Below, piece by piece: positions 12,545-27,403 of a DNA stretch of 64,000 bases (its first letter is position 1; each line of letters opens with the position of its first letter). This DNA comes from Octopus vulgaris. Taxonomy: Eukaryota. The notes beneath the pieces were generated by a model that ran no database searches, had not been told where the DNA came from, and saw only the letters and a program-made list of their open reading frames with translations. The stretch lies in the NCBI GenBank assembly GCA_951406725.2, contig OX597823.1:86676001-86740000 (forward strand), given 5' to 3'. Position numbers and translations under genes: made by a program.

Positions 12545-12607
<63 letters not shown>

Positions 12608-12984
12608 AAGTTTGGGATTTTGCTATTTCCATTTAGAAATAAGGAAATATCAATTCTTTTAGGACGCATTCTTGCTCCTTAATATTTCCAGCTGTATAAA
12701 TAACATTCTAAAGCCAAATGCTGTTTCCACATCGTACAAATCACTTAGCTGGAAATTTTTAAGAGGCAGTATTATTTTTCTACCAATAGTATATATAACA
12801 CAATTGTTAAATAGACGAGAGAGAAATATTTTTCTTTTGTCCTTAAGATGACACTATATCTGTAGTAAAATTTATCGCTGTAGAGCCAATGTTATTTATA
12901 AGAAAGTCTAATCTCAGTAAGTGAGGAGTTAAAAATGTAATGCACGTTAAATTTTGGGAAAAGTTTAAAATAGAATATATGAAA

Positions 12985-13149
12985 AGGCGCAGGAGAGGCT
13001 GTGTGGTAAGAAGCCTGCTTCCCAACCACATGGTTCCGGGTTCATTCCCACTGTGTGGCAACTTGGACTAGCGTTTTCTACTATAGTCTCGGGCCCCTCA
13101 AAGCCTTGTGAGTGGATTTGGTAGACGGAAACTGAAAGAAGCATATCGA

Positions 13150-13150
<1 letters not shown>
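12985..13150 (+). mobile_element. SINE family B 5' half
   Basis: GGCGCAGGAGAGGCTGTGTGGTAAG..GGATTTGGTAGACGGAAACTGAAAGAAG. Confidence 0.85.
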
Positions 13151-13189
<39 letters not shown>

Positions 13190-13191
<2 letters not shown>

Positions 13192-13525
13192 TCCGCCGGG
13201 ATCGAATTTGCCTTTCATCCTTTCGGGGTCGATTAAATAAGTACCAGTAACGCACTGTGGTCGATATGATCAACTTAATCCGTTTGTCTGACCTTGTTTG
13301 TCCTCTCTGTGTTTAGCCCCTTGTGGGTAGTAAAGAAATAGGTATTTTGTCTGCCGTTACGTTCTGAGTTCAAATTCCGCCGAGGTCAACTTTGCCTTTT
13401 ATCCTTTCGGGGTCGATTAAATAAGTACCAGTTACGCACTGAGGTCGATATAATCGACTTAATCCGTTTGTCTGTCCTTGTTTGTCCCCTCTATCTTTAG
13501 CCCCTTGTGGGCAATAAAGAAATAA
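13190..13525 (+). mobile_element. SINE family A dimer (5'-truncated) between family B segments
   Basis: Two body+tail units joined at GTAGTAAAGAAATAGGTATTTTGTCTG. Confidence 0.88.
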
Positions 13526-13925
13526 GAAGCTTGCTTCCTTACAACATGGTTCCGGATTCAGTCCCACAGCATGGCACCTTCAGCATGTGTCTTATTCTAT
13601 AGCTCCGGGTCAATCAAATCCGCCTTATCAGTGGATTTTGTAGACGGAAACTGAAAGAAGCCGGTCGCATATTTATGTATATATATCTGTGTATAACTCT
13701 GTGTCCGTATTTAGTCCCCAACCACTTCCATTTGACAACTAGTATTGGTCTGTTTACGTCCTCGTAATTTAAAGGTTCGGCAAAAGAATCTGAAAGAATT
13801 CGTTTCCATTCTTAAGAAAAAATATCATAAGATCTGGAGTCGATTCATTGGACTAAAAGCTTTTCAACGTGGAGCCCCAGCTTAGCTACAGTCTAATAAT
13901 TGAAGCAAGCAAAAGATAAAAAGTA
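13524..13925 (+). mobile_element. SINE family B, near full length
   Basis: AAGAAGCTTGCTTCC..GTAGACGGAAACTGAAAGAAG..GGTTCGGCAAAAG..tail. Confidence 0.8.
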
Positions 13926-13964
13926 AAAGATCCATATCACATCTAATTCTCCTTTTATTATAAA

Positions 13965-14359
13965 CTAGCAGTATCGCCCGGCCTTGCTCAGGTTTGTTTC
14001 GACCGTTTAGAAATGGAATTTTGGAAAAGTAAAAAAAATTTGCATTATATAGCGTGTCATTCTCTTTAAGTGAACATTTTTCTAGTTGAAATACACCGAA
14101 AAATGGTGAAACAGCAGTCAAAAAATCGTAAAAAATAGGGATTTTCAGAGAAAAAAAAGCACCTTTTTGATGTAAAGAATTTTTGGTGTTAAGATGGTCC
14201 AATTTGATTGTTTTCTTCTTCGGAAGAAAGAGCAAGCCTTCTTCTATCATGCCTTCAATTTTAGTCAAATTGCGCCACAGGGGCTCGGAGGAGATAGTCT
14301 TAGTTGAAGGCTACCAAACCTGCCATACACAGACAACTTCAGCATTATATATAGAGAGA
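13965..14359 (-). mobile_element. Non-autonomous Helitron
   Basis: Minus strand starts A|TCTCTCTATATAT and ends with a degenerate GC-rich hairpin (CCTGAGCAAGGCCGGG) then CGATACTG-CTAG|T. No TSD. Confidence 0.7.
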
Positions 14360-16182
14360 TATGTAACATGAAGCACCAGGGAAACTTCTTAATTAAGACG
14401 CAGTTTAATTGGTTCCAATGAAACGTGATATCGCTCTCATATATGAAAGATACTCTCTAAAAGTAAGCAATAAAACTGATTATCTAATACAATACTTACA
14501 TACGCATAGTGAATGATTTAGCAGTGAAGTGTTAATTGTTCATCACATTCACGACACGTCACGAAGATCTTAACCTACGATATAACAGCACTATTAATTA
14601 AACATAAAACGGCTAATTACTACAAGTGAATGGTAATTTTCTGTGATTCATAAATGTCAAACATTTCAGCGATGTGAAGTGGAATATTTCTTAGAAGAAT
14701 ATTCTGCATGCAGACAGAGGAGACGTAAAAGGTGAGACGGTAAAAAGAGCTTTCGTTATAATGAGACGAGATTACAAATGGAAGAATGAAAACATAATGG
14801 AAGAACACAATTGGGGAGAAATTTGAAGAATATTTACAAAACATCTTAGTTGGACCATTACATTAGTCGGGTTCTTTAATGTAATATGACCAATTTTATT
14901 GGAAATTAATGGGAAAAACTTCATCGTGAAGTAGATAAACGGTAAACAGAGATGGGTGTGGTGATGATCTTGAACGAAAAGTTACTGGCACGTGCACCCG
15001 TTAATAAGAGGTCATTAGCACATTGGAAACTCAGTGAGGTGTTTATGAGTGGATCGAGTGTTCGGTTCTCACACGATCATGTTGTTAAAGTTGGCACCGA
15101 GAAACGAATTTGAGTGACGTTTGAGTATTATTGGTGGGTGTTAAAAAAATTAAAAAGTAGAACAGAAAGCAGAGTGATCATTAGAAGAAAGGTTAGAAAG
15201 AAATGAAAAGAAGAAAAGAATAATGGATGGAATTATTTCGAAAGAAATGAAAGTTCGAGTGTCAAATTAAGAGTCGCATAATTAAAATATAAAATAAGAT
15301 AAATAAAAAAATTAAAACAAATAAACCGATGATTGCAAACAAATGAGAATATCATTTAACAAACGGATGCTTGGATGTTCTGTTATATTAATTGTGGTGA
15401 TTAAATGTCGTTGTTGTTGATGTTGGGGTTGTCGATTTGATGTCGTCGATGTTGGCTTTGCTGTTCCACTTCGCTGCTCAGCGAATAATTACAGCGTTAT
15501 TGTTGATCATGTGGTTGTTGGTGTTGTCAGTGGTAGTGGCGTGGTGGTTGTATGCTCAATAGCTCTGTTGCGGCGGAGGTCGAAAGTGCATGATGGTTAC
15601 GGTAGCGAAAGTTGTAGTAGCAGTAATAGCAGCAGCAGCAGCAGTTGTAGTAGTAGCAGCAGCGTCGGTGAAGGGTGTAATGGTGGTGGTGGTGGTGGTG
15701 GAGACGATTTGTTTGTTGTTATTGTTGTTCATGTGCCATGCAAATAAATCCGCAATCTCTTCTGATAGGGCTGAAGTGACTTGACATTAGAGTAACATTC
15801 GCCATAGCATTTACTAATGAGGATTCTTTGAAATACAAGAATACCTCTTTGAAAGATTTGACCCCTAATTTATGCTACTTAAATTTAATCCAAAGCTACG
15901 TGGATATGTGTATACATGTGCGTTTATGCCATAATGAGTAATACAAGCGTTCGCAAATTATACGTCTTTCTATGAATAATTATAATATAATCCTTTTTTC
16001 TATTAAGCCTGAAATTTTGAAGAGCAGGAAAAAATGGTATCTACTTCATCGACGCCAGAGAGGATAACATATAAAGTCAACTTTAGCGGTATTTGAAACC
16101 GGAATATTAAGACCGGAAGAAATGCCACTATGTACTCTGTCTGATGTGATGACTATTCTGCTTTAATAAAATATAACTAGCA

Positions 16183-16752
16183 AGGTGGCGAGCTGGCGAG
16201 CTGGCAGAAACGTTAGGAAGCCGGGCGAAATGCTTTGTGGTATTTCGTCTGTCTTTATGTTCTGAGTTCAAACTCCGCCGAGGTCGACTTTGCCTTTCAT
16301 CCTTTCGGGGTCGATAAATTAAGTACCAGTTACGCACTGGTTCGATATAATCGATTTAATCCGTTTGTCTGTCCTTGTTTAGCCCCTTGTGGGTAGTAAA
16401 GAAATAGATATCTCATCTGCCATTACGTTCTGAGTTCAAATTCCGCCGAGGTCGACTTTGTCTTTCATCCTTTCGGGGTCGATAAATTAAGTACCAGTTA
16501 CGCACTGGGGTCAATGTAACCGACTTTATCCCCTTGTTTCTCCCCTCTATGTTTATCCCCTTGTGGGCAACAAAGAAATAAGAAATATTAGCATGCCGGA
16601 CGAAATGCTTAGCAGTATTTCGTCTGTCTTTACGTTCTGAGTTCAAATTTCGGGGTAGATAAACTAAGAACCCGCTTCGTACTAGAGTCAATCTAATTGA
16701 CTGGCCCCCATCCCTCCAAATTTCGGGCCATATGCCTAGAATAGAAAAGAAT
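16183..16752 (+). mobile_element. SINE family A multimer
   Basis: Head plus two tandem units, then a third partial copy with the alternative tail. A degraded minus-strand copy lies at ~15995-16127. Confidence 0.88.
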
Positions 16753-16761
16753 ATAATATAA

Positions 16762-17206
16762 CTAGCTGGCCCCGTGCTAGCGAAGATGATGGCTAATTGT
16801 AGTATTTATATATAAACATGGCTGGTGAATCAAATTAAAATACTTGTCAATGTTATCTAGTGGTTGTCTTTTGAGATGTGACATGAATCATCGTTTCTTA
16901 CTGAAAGAACGCTGGTTCACACATACAAATATTCACATACTTCCTTTGTACACGCACACATACTCACACATATTTCAAACGCTGTTTGACTTTTCTTTTC
17001 GGCGTTGAATGTTCACCATCCCTCTTCTATCGCACACACACACACACACACACACGCACACACATTTATATACCTCCCTTTTACATACACGCACATATAC
17101 TCACACAAAGTTGAAACACTCCCACTACAAGTTTTCCATCACCCCTTCCTTTCTCATTCATATGTTGTGACGGAGAAAAACACAAGATTATTACTATAGC
17201 GGAAGA
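16762..17206 (-). mobile_element. Probable non-autonomous Helitron
   Basis: Minus strand starts A|TCTTCCGCTATAGTAAT and ends with a GC-rich segment plus CTAG|T. Confidence 0.45.
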
Positions 17207-17212
17207 TAATGC

Positions 17213-17436
17213 ATTCTTCTACACACACAAGGTCTGAAATATAGGGGAGTGCGCTAGTCGATTACATCGACCCCCAGTATTCAACTGGTATTTACTTCAT
17301 CGACCCTCGAAAGGGACGAAAGATAGTCATCCCCAATGGCATTTGAACTCATAACGTAAAACCGGAAGAAATGCCGCTAAGCATTTTGTCCGGCGTGCTA
17401 AATATTTTATCCGACATTCTATCAATTCACCACCTT
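17213..17436 (-). mobile_element. SINE family A (older copy)
   Basis: ATTTGAACTCATAACGTAAA..GAAATGCCGCTAAGCATTTTGTCCGGCGTGCTAA. Confidence 0.75.
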
Positions 17437-17944
17437 AATACAGTACAATATAACATGATACGATATAATATAAAATAATATAGTATAATATAATATAACG
17501 ATACTGCTTTCTTATTCAAATTTTCAATTCCATTTTACTATTTACCTTACATTGGTAATTCTAGCTTATATTCTTTCCTGTGTTTTACTCGTCGCTTTTA
17601 CATTCTTTGAAAATACTAATTCTATAAAATAAATTCTTCACGAGAGACTCTACGATAGAGTTAAGGCTTACGGTAAGGCATTTCAACAGCAACATTTAGT
17701 TCACTCTATCAACATTTTGTCATAAAAATGTAACTGATTCAGCGTTATAGATCATAATCACAAAGACTATAACACTTTATGTATGTGAAAGGGACTGAAC
17801 CCTATTCTGTCTATGGACCCTTTTGATTCCTATTTTATACTACAGAAACACTCTTAAATTCAGTTTAACGTGTATTACTTGGTGTCAATGTTTACGTCGC
17901 ACCAACTGCAAAGTTTATTACTGACTCAGTTTTACTGCAATACG

Positions 17945-18315
17945 TATTACATACATATGTACATACATACATACATACATACATACATACATACATACAT
18001 ACAGACAGACAGACAGACAGACACACACACAAACATAATACATACACACACATATACATACATACATACATACAGACACACAAACATACATACATACACA
18101 CATACACACAGACAGACAGACACACATACATACATACATACATACATACATACATACATACATACATACATACAGACAGACAGACAGACAGACAGACACA
18201 CAAACATACATACATACACACATACATACATACATACACACATACATACATACATACATACATACATACATACATACATACATACATACATACATACATA
18301 CATACATACATACAT
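17945..18315. repeat. Compound (CATA)n/(CAGA)n microsatellite
   Basis: Direct reading; representative of the many TA, CA, GATA and CATA tracts across the window. Confidence 0.95.
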
Positions 18316-18394
18316 AGGATACTGTATAGGGAGATCCGTCGAAAAAATAACATCGAGGACAAAAAAGTAAGAACCCTCAGTATGATGAAAGCCA

Positions 18395-18992
18395 TAGCCA
18401 CTCATAAAAGAAAGGACTATTGGTGTAATGTTCTAGTGAAAACCTAAATAAAATGTAAACGCAATAGACCTGATACAAGGATTTGGGATAGAGAAGAGAA
18501 ACTGCGTACCGTTGTGAAAATCAGCTGCCCACCGGATGTTAACATAAAGCTGGAGAACAGTGAAAAATTATGTACCAACGCTGAACTGTTGAGAAATTTT
18601 CAGTTACTCTATCCAGATTACAAGTTCAGGTTTACACTTGTTATAATTGGGGCCCTGGGATATATAACAGACGGCCTAAATGTCAATGTTGAGAAATTAG
18701 GCTTCTCAAAATCAGAGAGGAGACAGCTGATTCGATGATTACAGCTCCAAGCCATTACTGAAACTGTAAATATTTGGAACACTTTCCAGCTTATTATTTA
18801 AGTATATAGGTGCAAGTCTAGATATGCAAGTATGTTCATGAGAAGACATACACAAAACAAAGCATACAAACTGCACATATGCACACAAAAATAACCTGTT
18901 GCTGATGTTGAAATTCCAATGAAGGAGCATTGAATCTAGGTTCGAAACCGGCTCTTTCTTTATTGGCAATAAATCTTGAAATAAACTGAATA
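18395..18992 (+). mobile_element. 3' end of an RLE non-LTR retrotransposon (endonuclease + 3' UTR)
   Basis: CKRNRPDTRIWDREEKL..KISCPPDVN..QLLYPDYKFRFTLVIIGALGY. The 3' UTR ends GAAATAAACTGAATAAT. Confidence 0.8.
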
Positions 18993-19289
18993 ATGACATA
19001 CATACATACATACATACATACATACATACATACATACATACATACATACATACATACATGCATACATACATACATACATGCATACATACATACATGCATG
19101 CACAAATACATTTGTTCATCCATCCATCCATACACGGATATATGTATACATACGTACATCCATCCATCCAACCATCCCTCCATCCATCCATCCATCCATC
19201 CATCCATCCATCCATCCAAACATACATACATATATACATACATACATACGTACTTGTATAAATACATACATACATACATACACACATAA

Positions 19290-19767
19290 TGATCAGCGGA
19301 AAAGAAAACGTCTTGGTTGACCTATTGAAACATTTACAACGACTCAACGCGGATTAACTGTTCAGCTTTATACCTGTAATTATTGTGGCACTGGGATATG
19401 TAACGGACTGTCTTAACAGCAGTCTTAAGAAACTAGGCTTCTCAGAATCGGAAACCGTAAAAGTTAATTAGGAGATTTCAGATCCAAGCCCTGAATGGAT
19501 CTGTCAAAATTTGTAAAGCTTTATAGAACCTTAGCATTTATGTATACATATGTATGTCTAGACATTCAACTATGTGCATGAAAATATATACACAAAACGA
19601 AACATGTATATTAGTTCATGCACTGACTTGACATACAGCTCATATACAAACAAACATGCAAAGATACCCTGTTGATGTTGAAATTCCAATAAAATATCTT
19701 GAACCTGACTTAGAAACCGAATCTTTCTCTATTGGTAAGAAATCTTGAAATAAAACTGAATAATAAT
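19290..19767 (+). mobile_element. Second, shorter 3' copy of the same RLE family
   Basis: FIPVIIVALGYVTDCL; the 3' UTR (GATGTTGAAATTCCAAT..GAAACC..TATTGG..GAAATAAAACTGAATAATAAT) matches 18895-18992. Confidence 0.75.
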
Positions 19768-19833
19768 GTAATAGTCACACACACACACACATTACATATA
19801 TTCATTCATACATACATACATACATACATTCAT

Positions 19834-19913
<80 letters not shown>

Positions 19914-21502
19914 AGAGAGAAGGGGAGATTAATGCATTATATCTCCAGTTACATTGGAAATATATTGATCTATTATATGATATTAATAGGTAAGCCTGTA
20001 TTTGGACATATTTAACGCCCGCTTGTTTTCTTTGAAAATAAAGACTTCTGCTTTGAATTACATTGCCTGTTCTTAGGCCTTTAAATATAACTTTATTTCT
20101 TAATATCTATTTCTATATTGACAATTCTGCATATATACAAACAAAGATGTCCTCCCCTCTCATGTTCAAATTTCCACTTTCTCTTTACAACAATCTTTTT
20201 AAAAATATTTAAAACGTCTTTTTTTCTTGTCATTATTTCCTTTTATTTCTCTCCAACAGTTTTCTTGTCGTTCGTTATTTTCATCAATAAAGATTTTTCG
20301 TTCATAACTATTCTATGAAGTGATCAACAACAAACTGATCTTGCGATGACCAAAACGAAAATCACTGAAGAAAACAAAACAGCCTTTAGTGTTACAGATA
20401 ACCTTTAAGAAAATTCAGATATCAAAGCCTCTAGCTGCCTCAAGAGCCCTGGAACACTTTTCTATCTATTGTCTTTGAAGTGGTAATCCTATACAATTCG
20501 CCTTCTTCAAAACAAGTCTTAACACAACTTTATACATTCTTTCGCTTTTACCTTAACAGATGCATGATTATAGGTGAATATATACACTTTGAATATCTTG
20601 CCTCGGCTGATCTTTTTCTTTATTTACATATATCGCTTTCAATTTTTCTTCCTTTCTCTCTTTACTATATCTTTCATACGTTTTCACTTACAACACAATT
20701 CGCCACTGTTTCTAGGCATTCCGAGCTTCTTATAGTTATTTTCATTGAACAATACCCTTATAAGATGCTGCCTTCTAATGTGACAACAATGGGTAGAACT
20801 TAAGGCTATATAACGAAGCTTATATTAATTCTCTGCCCCCACTTCATACATGATAAATGTTCTGAAATTACCCGCAACTGTCCATTCAAAGAGACTTTTA
20901 AATGCTTACAGTGAATTTCTTTTTACCTCATATAGAACTTCAAGGAAGAGATATGAAGCAAAAGAGACAGAGAACAATATATCTGAATAACGATGCAAAG
21001 AGTCAAGCACAAAACTATTCGTTTCATGTTCAGAAATCACGACAGCTTCATGACAGATATTTAATCAAATTTATCTATATGTCTATCGATCTCCCTCTCT
21101 CTCTCCCTCTCTGTTTATGATGATATAGATCTGATATACGTATGTACATGCGTCTGTATCTGAATGCATGTTTGTGTACATAGATACATACATACATATA
21201 TAAATACACACCTTTATATGCTATATATGTATACATGTATATATGTATAAATATGTATGTATATGGTTACATAGTTGATGCTATGTAAACCAAAAATCGG
21301 ATATCAGACAAGAAGAAACAGAGGCGCAGTTTCAATTCCTTGTTGGAACTGCTTAAATTTTAAATGAAAGACTTGCTGATGATCTTAACTAATATTTCAG
21401 GTGAAATTTGAAATTTTATGCACCACTCTAAGATAGAATCGAAAAATCTTAGATAGATAGATAGACAGACATATAGATTGATAGATAGACAGACAGACAG
21501 AC

Positions 21503-21578
<76 letters not shown>

Positions 21579-21643
21579 TGATAAAGATATCTTTTATCTC
21601 TCATCTCCCACATGTTTCTGTCATTAGACTGCGGCCATGTTGG

Positions 21644-21692
<49 letters not shown>

Positions 21693-21784
21693 ATATATAT
21701 ACACACACATACTCTTACATCAGATATATAATGAAGGAAAGAAGGATATAAAGAAGGAAGGAAGGGTGGAAGGAAGGAATATTA

Positions 21785-22370
21785 CCTGCCTCTTGTCATT
21801 AATGTCCTTGTCTTCAATGCTGACTGGCTCCGGATATGTGAATATATCAACATTGTCTAGCGTGACCCTATGATATGATAAGTTATTTGGACGACTTGTA
21901 ACTAGCGTGATCTTGAACCGTTTTTGTTGATCTCTGGTTGAAAATCTCCAGAGACATGACTATCTTAGTGAATAAGTCACTGGATTTCAGGCTGTGAGGT
22001 TGTGATCAGCATGATATCATCATTAAAAGAAGTTTATTTAGCCGAAGTTGATTTGCTGACCAGTACTCCACCACCTTATTGTGAAGGTTAAAGCAGATAG
22101 GTGAAAGAGTACATTTTTGCCGGACACCATTTTTGATGCTCAACAAATCTGTGGTCTCATGTTCTACATAAACTAGTTCCTAATTTCCACAGTAAGTCGA
22201 CTGTTGTGCCTTTCATCCCATTTATCGGTAACGCTTTCCGTAATAAAGAATTCCAGGCTGAATCGAAAGTACGTCGATAATCGATGAGCACCATATGCAG
22301 TGGAGGCTGGGAATATTCAGTCAACAGAATGATTAATTTTCTGGGATTCTTCACAAGCGTCTTCATATTA
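21785..22370 (-). mobile_element. Decayed RTE-clade RT fragment
   Basis: EYSQPPLHMVLIDYRRTFDS (cf. EY..PL...FVDYEKAFDS), KNGVRQ and a degenerate F.DDI.L motif. Confidence 0.6.
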
Positions 22371-22471
22371 TGAATCGGTTCAGGACCGGATTAAGATCCA
22401 AAGAGTGTCTAAGCTTTTAAAAAAGTTGATGCCTCTATGTATGTAATCTCTCTAAACGGCAAAATGTCTGT

Positions 22472-22532
<61 letters not shown>

Positions 22533-22914
22533 TTTTATACAAATCCACAAGTTTTCAGTTAGAGGGCTCGCACTTTCTATGGTCATTCAAAACCGTCCAA
22601 GGGTGGTTGTGAAGATCTTTTCATTTCCCCAGTTACCACTGAAAGCCATTTTAAAAAATCGATAAACCGACCCCTTATGTTTCAGGTAACAAAAATCTTT
22701 AATACAAAGGATGTAACTCACTTAATCCAGCAGTTTAATCTAAAGATATTAAACCATAGCAAGGGAAATAACTCTTTAAAACTCTACATTTCCCCTTTGT
22801 TATGTATCACACCTCAATACTGTACCAGACTAATTAATCCAATTTAGGACCGGAACTGTCCCGGATTTCTGGATTTTCCAGTTTCCCAGAGAATTTCTAA
22901 ACGCTTGCTTAAAA

Positions 22915-23218
22915 TCTCTATATCTATAAATGGCAGAATGTCTGATTTTTTTTTATTGGACGGAGATAATTTTACACTTGACATTGGGATGCACGTGCGC
23001 ATTTGCAGACAGTTTGTATGACTCAGTGCATTTTTGTGTTATGCGAAGACGCGTTATCATGTGTTTTGGCTTTCAAACGTGCACGCTTTTTTGATTTGAG
23101 ATATGCAAGGAATAGTTAATGAGTTAGACCAAGTGAATGACAAGAGAGCAGGATTTTCATGAAAGACCAAATATGCTTGACAAGCACTAAACCCGACAAC
23201 GCCGGTTCATAGAGCTAG
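22915..23218 (+). mobile_element. Non-autonomous Helitron
   Basis: Starts A|TCTCTATATCTATAA and ends ACCCGACAACGCCGGT-TCATAGAG-CTAG. Confidence 0.6.
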
Positions 23219-23687
23219 GCTAAAATATAAACAATAATGAACCATGATATAAATTAATATTTTTTTCAAATGAAACAAAACTAAGTGTGAGATGCAAATT
23301 AATGTTTATTTTTCTAAAATTCCACTTTATTTATATCTGAAAACTATTTTCCTTGTTTTATTTTAATTTGCAAACTCTTTGATGAGAACCTCACTGTGAC
23401 GCCATGGACATATCGAAATAATATTTCCGATCATATAAGCCACTTCGAAAATTATTTTAGCTAGTTTAAAGTGATCTCTTTTGTCCTGAAAACTATTTAC
23501 TCTTTTTGTGATTACCCGCTTCCCGTTATGTTCTAAGCACTTAAGGATTAATCCAGTACTGAACCAATTCTGCTGTTTCCATTCCTTCAGGGAATCTCTG
23601 TTTGCACTTCTACAAGTGGACTAAATATTCAACAAAATTCGGGGAACCGGCCTTATGAACCTATAACTCGGGAAGAGCCTTTGATAC

Positions 23688-23799
<112 letters not shown>

Positions 23800-23845
23800 T
23801 AATGTACAGTGGTGCAGTGAAATCTTATCTATATAAAAACGTATA

Positions 23846-24066
23846 AGGCGGCGAGCTGGCAGAAACGATAGCGCACCGAGCGAAATGCTTAGCGGTATTT
23901 CGTCTGTCGTTACGTTCTGAGTTCAAATTCCGCCGCCTTCCACTTTGCCTTTCATCCTTTCGAGGTCGATAAATAAAGTACCAGTTTCGCACTGGGGTCG
24001 ATGTAATCGACTTAATCCCTTTGTCTGTCCCCTCTATGTTTAGCCCCTTGTGGGTAGTAAAGAAAT
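23846..24066 (+). mobile_element. SINE family A, near-consensus
   Basis: GGCGGCGAGCTGGCAGAAACG..GTGGGTAGTAAAGAAATA. Confidence 0.9.
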
Positions 24067-24275
24067 ATATATATAAACGTATGCCTAATGACTAATATTT
24101 CGATTAAAAATGATTTTATCAATGTTATTATTTTAAACATGATTTTGTTTTTTCTTCTCAATTTGCAGCGTATAAACTAATATGTTTTGGACATATTTTA
24201 AATGCAAAGAAATGGCTAAACAGAACTATTTGGTACACTGAATCGTGTGTACAAACATTTACGATATTTTGATAG

Positions 24276-24663
24276 TAGAGTGATACCTCACAGTACGAGT
24301 TTAATTCGTTCCACGACCGAGCTCGTCTTACGATTTACTCGTTTTATAAATCAATTTTTCCCATTGAAATTAACTAAAATCTAATTAATTCGTTCCAGCC
24401 CGCAAAAACTATTAAAAAATAATTTCTTATGGATTTTAAAACGGAAAAGGTGTAGTTACCAGTAAGATGGCAATTATAAAAAGAGAATGCAACAGAAATA
24501 TGTAAATTGGTGTTATTAATTAAATTACATTAAAGATGGGACGATCTATGTGCTCGTACTGCGGATTTCTGCTCATAATTCAAGACTAAAATTCGCTCGA
24601 GTCTGGGCTTGTACAGCAAATTTCTCGTACAATGGTGCACTCATACTGCGAGATTCTACTTTA
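24276..24663. mobile_element. Tigger/pogo-like MITE
   Basis: Imperfect TIRs TAGAGTGATACCTCACAGTACGAGT / ACTCATACTGCGAGATTCTACTTTA, with an internal TTAATTCGTTCC motif at 24301 and 24385. Confidence 0.55.
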
Positions 24664-24884
24664 TTCTAAATTATTTATTAATCAAATATCGTCTTCTTTT
24701 TCAAATCGCTTGCGGATGGTGTAGTTAGAATGGGCCGAGATGATGGTGATGGCATAGGAACGAAAACGGAAAGAAAAGGGAACGGAGAGGAAGAAGGACA
24801 GTGGATTGAGCATATCTTTCTTTCTCCCTCCATCTCTCTTTCTCTCTCTCTCTCCCTCCCTTACTCTCACTCATTTTCCTTTCC

Positions 24885-24892
24885 TGTCTATA

Positions 24893-24989
<97 letters not shown>

Positions 24990-25021
24990 TATATATGTAT
25001 ATATATGTATATATATAGATG

Positions 25022-25118
<97 letters not shown>
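24885..25118. repeat. (TA)n microsatellite
   Basis: Direct reading. Confidence 0.95.
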
Positions 25119-25120
<2 letters not shown>

Positions 25121-25375
25121 TTTTGCTTTTTGATTTATTTCAGTCATCAACTTACGGCCATCCTGGGGCACCGCCTTGATTTTTTTTATTTGAATGAATC
25201 CACCTCAGTATTCCCTCCTTGCTTTTAAGATTGGTACTTATAATATCGGTCTCTTTTGCCGAATCACTATATATATGTGTGTGTGTGTGTCTGTCTGTCT
25301 GTATATACACACACTCATATATATACACTTACACATACAAATAGAAACACGCACGCACCCACTCAAACGCACACT

Positions 25376-25410
<35 letters not shown>

Positions 25411-25434
25411 ATAGTATCCACCGTATATATTTAG

Positions 25435-25469
<35 letters not shown>

Positions 25470-25474
25470 TGTCT

Positions 25475-25770
25475 CATTGGTTAGGGTGTCATACTATCGA
25501 TCGCAAGCTTCCGATTTCAATTCCTGGTGGCCGGTTGTGTCATTAAGCACTATATTTCCCTTCGACCCAGTTCACCCAGCGGGCAAAGGTATCTTGAACC
25601 TGTAATTCAAAGGTCTACTTTGTGTAACGCTGTGTTTTCGTGAAATCTACGTGAAGGGTACACGCGACTGTGAAGTGCTCAGCCACTTGCATGTTAATTT
25701 CATAAGCAGACTGTTCCGTTGATCGGATCAGCTGGAACAATCATCGTCGTCAGAGACGGAGTGCCACTTT
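25475..25770 (+). mobile_element. SINE family D (degenerate tRNA head; tail GACGGAGTGCCAC)
   Basis: TGGTTAGGGTG..TTTCAATTCC head, CCAGTTCACCCAGC domain, body shared with 36245-36365. Confidence 0.6.
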
Positions 25771-25824
25771 AATTGTTGATACATACACACACACCTACAC
25801 AGACTCATATATAGGTGCTTGCAG

Positions 25825-26360
<536 letters not shown>

Positions 26361-27351
26361 ACGCATGCATATATTCTAGGTGTATGTGTTGCGTGTCGCA
26401 GATCGGCGGGTGAAAAACTTTTTCCTTAAATAGTTGTTTATCAACAGCTTAGGGCAGGACATCTCTCATGTCTATTAATTTTCCCATTTATTGCAATAAT
26501 CAAATAACAACAGTAATTTTAACATGAAAATTACATTTACTCAAAAGGTGAGTAGTTTGCTTTGTTAGACTTTTGTTTTGCATGTTTGTGTTGTTTTCAT
26601 ATGTGATGTTTGGGTATATTTAGCATCCATTATCATTGCCTTTTTATTTTCGTCGTTTGTCGTTTGTTATCTCCCTTATTCGTTCACTCTCTAATCGGCT
26701 TTTTCTCACTCCACCTCTGTATCTCGCTGTCTCTCTTTCTAATTTCTTTATATATATGGATGTTTTAAATTGCCCGTCTTCCTAAGCGTAGTATTGCTAG
26801 CACTAAATGCCAAACACAATCTACATAATTTGATTTGCCTATGAATCGAAAGACGAAAACGATAGAAATTCAGCCACAAACAACTGTTTTAGTATGTAGG
26901 GAAGTCCGTTATTGTTCATTGTATGATGATCGTGTATTTCAAAATACCCACTGGCTAAGTATAACAAAGGATACAAACGCAAATGGGGCAATCTGGATAG
27001 ATACTATATAAACGCATTTAAACAGAGACAAATACATGCAGAAAGCAAATATGCACATAGATGATATTACACACAAATTATGCATACACACATACATAAA
27101 TATGAAGTATTTGTGCATACATTGCGTGTGCGTGCGTGTATGTGTGTGTGTGTGTGTGTGTGAGTGTGTTGGTATGAGCCCGCGATTATATGTTTGTACA
27201 TTTGTGTGGACGTAATCGTTGAATTCACAGATACGTATTAAAGTGTTTGTGCGTGTGGCTGTATGTGTGTATATATATATTGATATAGCATCATGTGAGT
27301 GTATATATATATATACATATACATGTTTATATTTATATATATAAGTATATA

Positions 27352-27403
<52 letters not shown>

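Noticed and set aside
15511-15784. Ser/Gly/Val-rich ORFs
   Set aside because: Low-complexity GTA/GCA/GGT trinucleotide runs with no domain or splice support.
20050-20900. Possible decayed L1/Tx1-like fragment on the minus strand
   Set aside because: Only compositional hints; no intact motif could be read.
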